Shown: piece after piece, positions 6,981 to 15,016 of the stretch | Layout of the letters: every line of letters starts with the position of its first letter | How positions within the stretch are numbered: position 1 is the first letter of the stretch | Assembly (NCBI RefSeq): GCF_900232105.1 | Contig: NZ_LT934425.1 | Span: 2,160,001-2,192,000, forward strand | Source of the DNA: Candidatus Kuenenia stuttgartensis | GTDB lineage: Bacteria > Planctomycetota > Brocadiia > Brocadiales > Brocadiaceae | Direction: 5' to 3' | Length of the DNA stretch: 32,000 nucleotides | The notes under the pieces: model-generated | The model's input: the letters and a program-made list of their open reading frames with translations, nothing else | What the model was told of the DNA's origin: nothing | Databases searched by the model: none | Program-made: the position numbers and the translations under genes

Positions 6981-9900
6981 AACCGCGTCAGGAAAAAAAT
7001 AACAAATCCTTGCCACCCATCCTTGTCTATCAAATGGGCAAAGTAGGCTCCACAGCAATTTTGAAGTCATTGCAGAGACTGAATCTTTATAACAGAGTTT
7101 ACCACGCACATTTTTTGTCAAAAAGCGGGATAAAGAGTGTGGAAGATTACTACCGAAGCCTTCCATATATAGAAGTTCCTAACCATATTTACGAATCGAA
7201 ACAGATATGTATCGAGATTGAAAATTCCACACGAGAGCAGAAATGGAAAGTTATTACCCTTGTTAGAGATCCCATAGCCAGGGATATATCTGATCTATTT
7301 CAAAACATAGAGCGCGATTTCCCACAAATTAGAACACTTGATAGTAAAAATGCCCTGATAGAAATTAAAACATATTTATACAACATGATCATTAAATTTG
7401 ACGAATCAACTGATTATGCCTGCAGTTGGTTTGACAAAGAGATCAAGGAAGTATTCGGATTTGACGTCTATTCACATGACTTTAGCAAGACGAATGGTTA
7501 TCAAATATTTCAAACGGAAAAGGCAGATATTCTTGTCATTAAGTTGGAGAAATTATCTGAAATTCACAAGGAAGCTTTTCGGCAGTTTTTAGACATACAT
7601 GATTTTACTATCGTAAAAGAAAATATAGGGTCAGATAAGTGGTATAACGAATACTACAAAGAAGTAGTAAATTCATTGCGTATCCCTGGACAGATAGTTG
7701 ATAAAATATACGATTCCAGGTATTCAAAACATTTTTATACGGAGGGGGAGTTGTCTTCCTTTAAAGAAAAATGGTCCGGCAAGTCTTTTTACAATAAAAA
7801 AGACAAAAAAATATTGATTGTCCACCCGGAAGGAAACTTGCACAACAACCCTAATCTGAGCGGAATTGTGGAAATTCTATGTGAAAACGGTTGCAGTGCA
7901 GATGTTTTTTCTCTGAAGCATGAAACGATTGCTCAGAAGGCTCTGTGCTATGGATCACAGATGTTCCTTTTCGATGGGACACGAGATAGTACCGCTGGAG
8001 TATGCTTATTGGCTTCAAAAGTGTTTTTTTCCCCGCAAGAATTAGCACTACATGTACGAAGTGTTTACAAGGACTATGATCTCGTGGTTGGGGTTGACCG
8101 TGGTATTATTGAAGCTTCAATTATCGCTAGTGCACTGGAAGTTCCTTGTGGGTTGATCTCTTATGAAATATTTTTTGCTGATGAAGCCGGTGTGCAATTC
8201 AAACAGACTGAAATACACGCGTGTCAGAATATTTCTTTTGCTATCTGTCAGGATGAGATTCGCTCCGCTCAATTATCGAAGGAAAACAGGATTCCACTGG
8301 AAAAAATAATTAACATTCCGGTTGCCGGACGTGCCGTAAAACGCGGTGAAAGGTGTTGGTATTTTCACGATAAATTCGGAATAGACCACAGAAAGAAAAT
8401 AGCCCTTTTGGCGGGTAGTATTGATAAATGGACAATGGCGGAAGAACTTATAGAAAGCGTTTCACGCTGGGATCCTGAGTGGGTGCTGGTTTTGCACAAT
8501 CGTTACGGACTTGATGGTGGAGTGCATACCATATACGAACGCTACAAAAACAAACCAAATATTTACTTTTCGTTTGACCCTGTTAAATTAGTGCAAGATA
8601 TGCATATATTATTACATTCCTGCGATTTAGGCATAGCGCTCTACAGAGCAACCAAACAAGGTATTTTTACCGGTAATAATCTAACTTACCTCGGAATGGC
8701 ATCCGGTAAGATAGCTACATATCTTCAGCATGGCTTGCCGTTGCTTATCAATGAGATTGGCGAAATGAGCAGATACGTAGAGTCGTATGGTCTTGGTATA
8801 TCGCTTAAAAGTGGCGATGGTATAAACCCAGGAGCCTTGTGCGAAGCCCCTTTTGCATACAAAGAACGATGCTATGGCTTTTTTGAAAACAAATTAGATT
8901 TGAATAAAACGATTCATCCATTCCTTGATAAGATGAATTCTTTGTTGAGAAAATGGCAAAGTGATAGTTCCTACGGGAAAGCAGGACAGGTGTCATCGGC
9001 TGACGTGTTGAGTATCAGCACGGAAAAATCTTTGGAATTTCTTAATTTACTAGTCAAACAAGAATTGCAAGACGGTAATATACAGAAAGCTAAGGAACTA
9101 TTGTCGAAAATTCTTAATCAGTTACCGGACAATATAAAAGCGCTTAATAATCTTGCAGTTATTGAAATCCTTGAAAAGAATTGGGATGCGGCAACAGAAG
9201 CCTTAAGAAAGGTTTTATATCTTGACCCTTCCAACAAGGTTGCGCTGGAAAATACTAAACAATTGGAAAGACACCTTGTTTTATACAAGGCAGTTTTAGA
9301 AGCAGAAAAATTAGTAGGACAAAAGCAATATGCTGAAGCATATAAGATATTGGAAAAGGTTTTAGAAATTGACAAGAATTCCGTGGATGCCTTGAATGCT
9401 ATTGCTAAAATCAGAATTGCAAGAAACGATTTTGAAGTCGCCGGAAAGGTGTTAACCAAGGTATTACAATTACATCCGGCAAATAAAACTGCTATTGAAA
9501 GCCTCGAATACATAAAGAAACAAGTGAACGTTAAAGATCACGCACCGTTGCCAGCGGGGGCGACTGCACTTGGAACTACTGCCGTTACGACTGAAGCTTG
9601 TTCTGGAATATCCGGAAGAACAGAGGCAGATTTTCAACATCTATTAGAAATGCTTAATCTTCAAGCCAAACAAGCATTGCAAGAGGGTAATGCTAAAAAG
9701 GCAAAAGAACTATTAGCAAAAGTTCTTAACCAGTCACCAAATAATGTAAAAGCACTTAACAATTTTGCAGTAACGGAAATTCTTGAAAAAAATTGGGAAT
9801 CAGCACGAGAAGTTTTACAAAAAATTCTTGAACTTGATCCTTCTAATAATGTTGCACTTGAGAATGTTAAATATTTAGAAAATCAGGTATCTTTACATAA

Positions 9901-12013
9901 ATTATTTTTAGAAGCTGAGAAACTAATTGAACAGAAGGAATATTCGAATGCACGTGAGATATTGAAAAATATCTTAGAGATCGATGATAGGCACATTGAT
10001 GCACTTAATGATCTTGCGGTTATAGAAATCTCAGAAAATAACCTATTTAACGCAAGAGAAATTTTAAACAAAGTTTTAAGGAATGATTCTAACAATCAAA
10101 TTGCAAAGGAGAACTTGGAATATCTTGAGCAACTAATCCATGTATCAGAAGAGAAAAGTTCAGATATTAAAGTTTCTGCAATAGTATCGACATACAATTC
10201 CGAACGATTTATCCGTGGTTGTTTAGAGGATTTGACAAATCAAACATCATACAAGAAGGGTGCACTGGAAATTATTGTGATAGACAGTTGTTCACCGCAA
10301 AATGAACAAGCTATTGTTGATGAGTTTCAAAAATCATACAGGGACATTGTTTATATACGGACTGAAAAACGGGAAACCATTTATGCCGCCTGGAACCGGG
10401 CAATCAAAATTGCCAAAGGAGAATATATCACTAATGCCAATACGGATGACCGCCACCGCAAGGATGGTTTGGAAATTTTAGCAAATGAATTGGATGAAAA
10501 CCCTGATGTTGTATTGGTATACGGGAATCAAATTATTACCGAAACAGAAAATGAGACCTTTGAACACCACAAACCAGTTGGTGTCTTCCAATGGCCAGAT
10601 TTCAACAGAAATTATTTGTTAAAAGTATGCAGCATTGGACCACAACCGATGTGGAGAAAGTTAGTTCATAGTGAGTTTGGCTATTTTGATGATATATTCC
10701 AGGTCGCCGGAGACTATGAATTTTGGTTAAGAATTTCCCAAAAATATCATTTTAAACATATTCCTGAATATCTGGGATTATATCTAAGATCTCCACAAAG
10801 TGCAGAATATAGAAACCAGGAACTAACCCAACAAGAAACACTTGTTATTCAAGAAAAATATAAAAAGTTAAAGGATATCCAAGAGAAACCCATCGCGAAG
10901 TTACCATTAGTCAGCATCATTATTCCCACTTACAACAGACCAGGCACCCTGAAGATTGCACTGGAGAGTATTGTCGCACAAACGTACAAGTTTATTGAAA
11001 CCATTGTAGTTAACGACGCCGGAATAGATGTGCTAAATGTCATTGATACATTCAGGGATCGATTATCTATCAAATATTTCGTTCACAATATAAATAAAGA
11101 TCGCTCTGCTGCAAGAAATACTGCAATAAAACATGCTTCTGGTAAATATATTGCGTATCTTGATGATGATGATATTTTTTATCCCGACCATATTGAAACA
11201 CTGGTCAGCTTTCTGGAAACAAACAATACTTATAAAGTTGCTTATACAGATGCTTACAGGGCATTTCAAGAGAAGGAACACGGAAAATATATAACAAAAA
11301 ACAAAGAGATACCTTATTCTTTTGACTTTGACTATGATCGTATCCTTACGGGTAATTTTATACCGACGCCCTGTATTATGCATTATAAATCGTGCATTGA
11401 CGTTGTAGGAATATTTGATGAAACGCTTGGTGCTCACGAGGACTGGGATTTATGGATAAGGATGTCAACAAAATTCCAATTTGCGCATATCAGGAAAATT
11501 ACCTGTGAATATTCCTGGAGGGAAGATGGCTCGTCAACCACATTCGGTAGAAAAGAGGTAATGGATTATACAAGAAATGTTGTTTTACAACGGGGAATAA
11601 AAATTTACCGGGAAAAACAAATTAGAGGACTATTTAATAGAGCGGAAGCTTCATTTCAAAGTGGTGCTTACAACGAAGCGATTGATGCATATAAAAAAGC
11701 CATCGAAACAAGCCCTTCTCCCAAGCAACAATTACCGCCGGAAGAAACTTCCCGCCTTTATGACGCATACTACAATCTTGCCCTTTCATACATAAATACC
11801 CAAAAGGTAGACGATGCCATTGCTGCTTTCCGAAAGGCAGTTGAATTACACAATGCTGACGCCACTATTTATAACAATTTGGGCGTTTTGTATTTCAGGA
11901 AAAGAATGCATGATGATGCAAGGCACTGCTTTGAAAAGGCATTGGCAATAGACGTTGATTACGCAGAGGCGCAACAAAATCTTGAAAAAATATCCAGCCT
12001 GAAAATTTCATAA
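6977..12013 (+). CDS. Giant multidomain glycan-assembly protein: sulfotransferase-like + GT-B-like + 2x TPR block + 2x GT2 glycosyltransferase + TPR
   Basis: 1678-aa uninterrupted ORF.
- aa ~10-270: sulfotransferase-like PAPS motifs (YQMGKVGST resembles 5'-PSB; RDPIARDIS resembles 3'-PB).
- aa ~280-650: Rossmann/GT-B-like.
- aa 686-850 and 890-1054: paralogous TPR blocks.
- GT2 domain 1 from about nt 10166 (VSAIVSTYNSERF ... NANTDD).
- GT2 domain 2 from about nt 10904 (VSIIIPTYNRPG ... YLDDDD).
- C-terminal TPRs at about nt 11630-12010. Confidence 0.8.
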   Translation: MKPRQEKNNKSLPPILVYQMGKVGSTAILKSLQRLNLYNRVYHAHFLSKSGIKSVEDYYRSLPYIEVPNHIYESKQICIEIENSTREQKWKVITLVRDPIARDISDLFQNIERDFPQIRTLDSKNALIEIKTYLYNMIIKFDESTDYACSWFDKEIKEVFGFDVYSHDFSKTNGYQIFQTEKADILVIKLEKLSEIHKEAFRQFLDIHDFTIVKENIGSDKWYNEYYKEVVNSLRIPGQIVDKIYDSRYSKHFYTEGELSSFKEKWSGKSFYNKKDKKILIVHPEGNLHNNPNLSGIVEILCENGCSADVFSLKHETIAQKALCYGSQMFLFDGTRDSTAGVCLLASKVFFSPQELALHVRSVYKDYDLVVGVDRGIIEASIIASALEVPCGLISYEIFFADEAGVQFKQTEIHACQNISFAICQDEIRSAQLSKENRIPLEKIINIPVAGRAVKRGERCWYFHDKFGIDHRKKIALLAGSIDKWTMAEELIESVSRWDPEWVLVLHNRYGLDGGVHTIYERYKNKPNIYFSFDPVKLVQDMHILLHSCDLGIALYRATKQGIFTGNNLTYLGMASGKIATYLQHGLPLLINEIGEMSRYVESYGLGISLKSGDGINPGALCEAPFAYKERCYGFFENKLDLNKTIHPFLDKMNSLLRKWQSDSSYGKAGQVSSADVLSISTEKSLEFLNLLVKQELQDGNIQKAKELLSKILNQLPDNIKALNNLAVIEILEKNWDAATEALRKVLYLDPSNKVALENTKQLERHLVLYKAVLEAEKLVGQKQYAEAYKILEKVLEIDKNSVDALNAIAKIRIARNDFEVAGKVLTKVLQLHPANKTAIESLEYIKKQVNVKDHAPLPAGATALGTTAVTTEACSGISGRTEADFQHLLEMLNLQAKQALQEGNAKKAKELLAKVLNQSPNNVKALNNFAVTEILEKNWESAREVLQKILELDPSNNVALENVKYLENQVSLHKLFLEAEKLIEQKEYSNAREILKNILEIDDRHIDALNDLAVIEISENNLFNAREILNKVLRNDSNNQIAKENLEYLEQLIHVSEEKSSDIKVSAIVSTYNSERFIRGCLEDLTNQTSYKKGALEIIVIDSCSPQNEQAIVDEFQKSYRDIVYIRTEKRETIYAAWNRAIKIAKGEYITNANTDDRHRKDGLEILANELDENPDVVLVYGNQIITETENETFEHHKPVGVFQWPDFNRNYLLKVCSIGPQPMWRKLVHSEFGYFDDIFQVAGDYEFWLRISQKYHFKHIPEYLGLYLRSPQSAEYRNQELTQQETLVIQEKYKKLKDIQEKPIAKLPLVSIIIPTYNRPGTLKIALESIVAQTYKFIETIVVNDAGIDVLNVIDTFRDRLSIKYFVHNINKDRSAARNTAIKHASGKYIAYLDDDDIFYPDHIETLVSFLETNNTYKVAYTDAYRAFQEKEHGKYITKNKEIPYSFDFDYDRILTGNFIPTPCIMHYKSCIDVVGIFDETLGAHEDWDLWIRMSTKFQFAHIRKITCEYSWREDGSSTTFGRKEVMDYTRNVVLQRGIKIYREKQIRGLFNRAEASFQSGAYNEAIDAYKKAIETSPSPKQQLPPEETSRLYDAYYNLALSYINTQKVDDAIAAFRKAVELHNADATIYNNLGVLYFRKRMHDDARHCFEKALAIDVDYAEAQQNLEKISSLKIS
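9032..10139 (+). repeat. Intragenic tandem duplication of a ~165-aa TPR block (period 612 nt)
   Basis: Block 9032-9527 (LEFLNLLVKQELQDGNIQKAKELLSKILNQLPDNIKALNNLAVIEILEKNW...) aligns with block 9644-10139 (LEMLNLQAKQALQEGNAKKAKELLAKVLNQSPNNVKALNNFAVTEILEKNW...). They are joined by a low-complexity A/T/G-rich linker. Confidence 0.85.
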
Positions 12014-12216
12014 CACTGGTATACCGCAGAGAAGACGGAGAACGCAAAAGACATGGACAGACTTATGGCTGACAATGTGAAATATTATGACATACACAGA
12101 GCTGACGGGCCGCGCCGTATATTTCACCATGCACCCGATGTCTTTAAGGAAAATAAACAATCAAATATCTGACGCGTCTCAGGAGCCGATAGTATCAGAT
12201 AGACAAATTTGTGAAG

Positions 12217-12710
12217 GGGTGCATTCCTGATTTTTTATAACCGTTTGTGTGATTGGGGCAAAACTACGCTGCAAGGGATGTGACAAGCCTGTCCCCCGCT
12301 GGCGGGGGAATAAGGGGGTGGAATTGTCTGCGGAGGAAATCTGGAAGGTTTATAACATGAATAGCCATAAGTTTTTCTTCTAATTCCTAAGCTTTGCGTG
12401 GAAATGCATGTCACGAAACAGGATAAAATTGTCCATTTGACCCGTGTGCGGAGCGTAGGAAAGAGGGGCAAGTTTGTTTTCATAATAAAGGGGTAGTTGA
12501 ATCGATGGAGAAATCCAGTCCACCCCCTGAACCCCCGCCAGCGGGGGACATTGTTTGAACAACAGGAGCATTCCCGATTTTTTGGTTAACTAATTGTACA
12601 TTGTAACACAAGCATCCTGCTTGTGGCATTTTGCCCTCAAGCTGGAAGCTTGAGTTACTATTCTCTCCCCCTGCTAAATGACATTTTTACAAAAAATCGG
12701 GAATGCTCCC
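12217..12710. mobile_element. MITE family A, long form (copy A3), carrying a nested family D MITE
   Basis: The left end GGGTGCATTCCTGATTTTTTAT... and the following 65 bp match copy A1 at 541-605. The right part, 12556-12710, matches A1 at 600-762 and ends ACAAAAAATCGGGAATGCTCCC. The two halves are separated by a 259-bp element. Confidence 0.8.
12291..12549. mobile_element. MITE family D (259 bp) nested inside family A copy A3
   Basis: The ends are GTCCCCCGCTGGCGGGGG at 12291-12308 and CCCCCGCCAGCGGGGGAC at 12532-12549, a perfect 18-bp TIR. Each arm is itself a GC hairpin. An inner GGGGGTGGA / TCCACCCCC pair is also present. It is absent from the otherwise homologous copy A1. Confidence 0.7.
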
Positions 12711-13040
12711 CCCTTGATTAGGAGACAGAGTGCATGGGCTCCATCCGTTACCATTAAAAAAATATATGACCGTGTTGTTGCATCTTTTCTCTTCGCTATT
12801 TAAAGTGTTAGGCATACTGCCTTGTTCTTTATGAAAGGCAATATCACGGAAGGTGGCTAAATTAACAGAACACTCGCATAATGCCCCTATTCGTGCCAAT
12901 TTTCAGTGCTGCATACTTTCTTCATTGAGATATGCCCGTTATTTTTCAATAAGGGTCAATTGGTAAAAGGAAGGTACAGAAAAAAGCGTTTTTATTTTTT
13001 GAAGGCGTGTATTAATAAACTGTTGTAAAGATTCACCCCG

Positions 13041-14402
13041 TTAGAGTCCGCTAATATTCATCGTCATCAGAAATTCGGCATTTGTTTTTGTTTTTGAAAG
13101 CCTGTTCTTTAATAATTCCATAGCTTCTATAGGATTCATTTCGTTAAGCACCTTTCTGAGTATCCAGATGCGTTTAATTTCGTCTGCATTAACAATTAAC
13201 TCTTCTTTGCGGGTACCTGAACGGGTAATATCAATTGCGGGAAACAGTCTGCGGTCTGCCAGCTTCCTGTCAAGATGAAGCTCCATATTGCCAGTGCCCT
13301 TGAACTCTTCAAAAATAACCTCATCCATCCTGCTTCCCGTATCAACAAGTGCGGTTGCAATGATGGTAAGGCTGCCGCCTTCTTCAATGTTTCTTGCAGC
13401 CCCGAAAAACCTTTTAGGTTTCTGAAGGGCACTTGCATCCACACCGCCGGACAGTATTTTGCCACTGTGGGGAATCTCTGTGTTGTATGCCCTTGCCAGT
13501 CTTGTGATGGAATCGAGCAGCACAACAACGTCTTTGCCATATTCCACCATGCGTTTTGCCTTTTCTATTACCATTTCCGCAACCTGAATATGCCTGCTTG
13601 CCGGCTCATCGAAGGTAGATCCTATAACCTCCGCATCAACCGACCTGTCCATATCCGTAACTTCTTCCGGCCTTTCATCGATGAGCAGGATAATCAAATA
13701 CGCTTCGGGATGGTTTTTTGTAATACTATTTGCTACTTTTTGAAGCAACACTGTTTTCCCCGTGCGTGGAGGCGCTACGATTAAACCCCTCTGGCCTTTG
13801 CCGATAGGCGTAACAAAATCCATAATTCTTGTCTCAAGTTCAGCAGGATCTTTTTCTAAAAAAAGCCTTTCAGTTGGGTGAAGGGGAGTCAGGTCATCAA
13901 AAACAATCTTATCTCCCATCATTTCCGGATTTTCAAAATTTATTGCCTCAACACGCAACAATGCAAAATACCGTTCTGAATCCTTTGGTGGCCTTATTTG
14001 CCCTGATACAACAGCGCCGGTACGAATGCCAAAACGGCGTATTTGCGAAGGCGAAATGTAGATGTCGTCCGGGCAAGGCAGGTAATTATAGTCAGGTGAA
14101 CGGAGAAAACCAAAACCCTCCGGAAGCACCTCCACTACGCCTTCTCCGTACATCAGACCATTTTGATTGACTCTTTCCTTCAGGATTTTAAAGATCAGTT
14201 CCTGCTTCTTTAATCCCGTGTATTCTTTAAGCCCTTCCTTCTTGGCGATATCCTGTAATTCCTTGATTGTTTTCTTTTGCAGTTCTGTTATGTGCATTTT
14301 GCCGCGTTTGATTTCCTCATATTTTTCATTTGTTTCTTTATCTATTACTTCTATTTCTTTTTTACTGTCCAAGACCATATTCATTGTCTCCTTACCTTTC
14401 AT
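13041..14402 (-). CDS. rho: Transcription termination factor Rho
   Basis: The 453-aa product has an N-terminal Rho_N helix bundle ([22 protein letters not shown]), a cold-shock-like RNA-binding region ([22 protein letters not shown]), Walker A (PPRTGKT) and the Q/R-loop region. The start is ambiguous: ATGs at 14402, 14384, 14378 and 14297. Confidence 0.95.
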   Translation of the reverse strand: MKGKETMNMVLDSKKEIEVIDKETNEKYEEIKRGKMHITELQKKTIKELQDIAKKEGLKEYTGLKKQELIFKILKERVNQNGLMYGEGVVEVLPEGFGFLRSPDYNYLPCPDDIYISPSQIRRFGIRTGAVVSGQIRPPKDSERYFALLRVEAINFENPEMMGDKIVFDDLTPLHPTERLFLEKDPAELETRIMDFVTPIGKGQRGLIVAPPRTGKTVLLQKVANSITKNHPEAYLIILLIDERPEEVTDMDRSVDAEVIGSTFDEPASRHIQVAEMVIEKAKRMVEYGKDVVVLLDSITRLARAYNTEIPHSGKILSGGVDASALQKPKRFFGAARNIEEGGSLTIIATALVDTGSRMDEVIFEEFKGTGNMELHLDRKLADRRLFPAIDITRSGTRKEELIVNADEIKRIWILRKVLNEMNPIEAMELLKNRLSKTKTNAEFLMTMNISGL

Positions 14403-14404
14403 AA

Positions 14405-15016
14405 CTATTTATCCTCTATATAAAGTTGCCAGAATTTTTTGACTTGCAGAAATGTATTATCGACCGAGAAATTATTATCAATAATATAATCCGCCTTGTT
14501 TTTCTTCTCTTGCAGATCCATCTGGAAAGATTCTCTTTTTTCCAATTCTCCTTTGCTCCAGTGCCTGCTGATTTGACTTCGCTTTATCCGTTGGTCTTTG
14601 CCGGTATTTACAAATACCACATAATCACATACCATTGAAAGCCCCGATTCTTCTAATAAAGCAGCATCGATAACGATAGCATGCTTTTTGCCGCGATGTA
14701 TTATGTCGTCAATTTTTGCATAGATTTGTTTTATAATAATGGGATGCAATATCGAGCATAAAGTATCCAAACCGGCCTTATCCCTGAATACGATCTCTGC
14801 CAGTTGTCTGCGGTCTATTCCGCCATAGCCATTTTTCACCGTATTGCCATATGTTTCTATTATATTTTTTTTAATCTCATCTCTTAAAAGCAGTGTATGG
14901 CACATCTCATCGGCATCGATGTGTGCCGCTCCCAGCGAAGCCAGCATCCGGGCAATGGCACTTTTTCCGCTGGCGATGCCTCCTGTTATGCCAATAATTT
15001 TTGGTCTGTTGCGCAC
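14405..15016 (-). CDS. coaE: Dephospho-CoA kinase
   Basis: 203 aa with the P-loop [13 protein letters not shown]. The GTG start shares one nucleotide with the polA stop (TAGTG). Confidence 0.9.
   Translation of the reverse strand: MRNRPKIIGITGGIASGKSAIARMLASLGAAHIDADEMCHTLLLRDEIKKNIIETYGNTVKNGYGGIDRRQLAEIVFRDKAGLDTLCSILHPIIIKQIYAKIDDIIHRGKKHAIVIDAALLEESGLSMVCDYVVFVNTGKDQRIKRSQISRHWSKGELEKRESFQMDLQEKKNKADYIIDNNFSVDNTFLQVKKFWQLYIEDK

Noticed and set aside
12053-12172. 39-aa ORF (MDRLMADNVKYYDIHRADGPRRIFHH...) just after the giant gene
   Set aside because: It is too short and has no RBS I can defend. It may be a remnant of a methyltransferase N-terminus, but I cannot support that.
12235-12899. 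Track ORFs of 63-82 aa in the 12.2-12.9 kb intergenic region
   Set aside because: They are made of MITE A/D sequence (Pro/Gly-rich translation of GC hairpins), and none has coding-like features.
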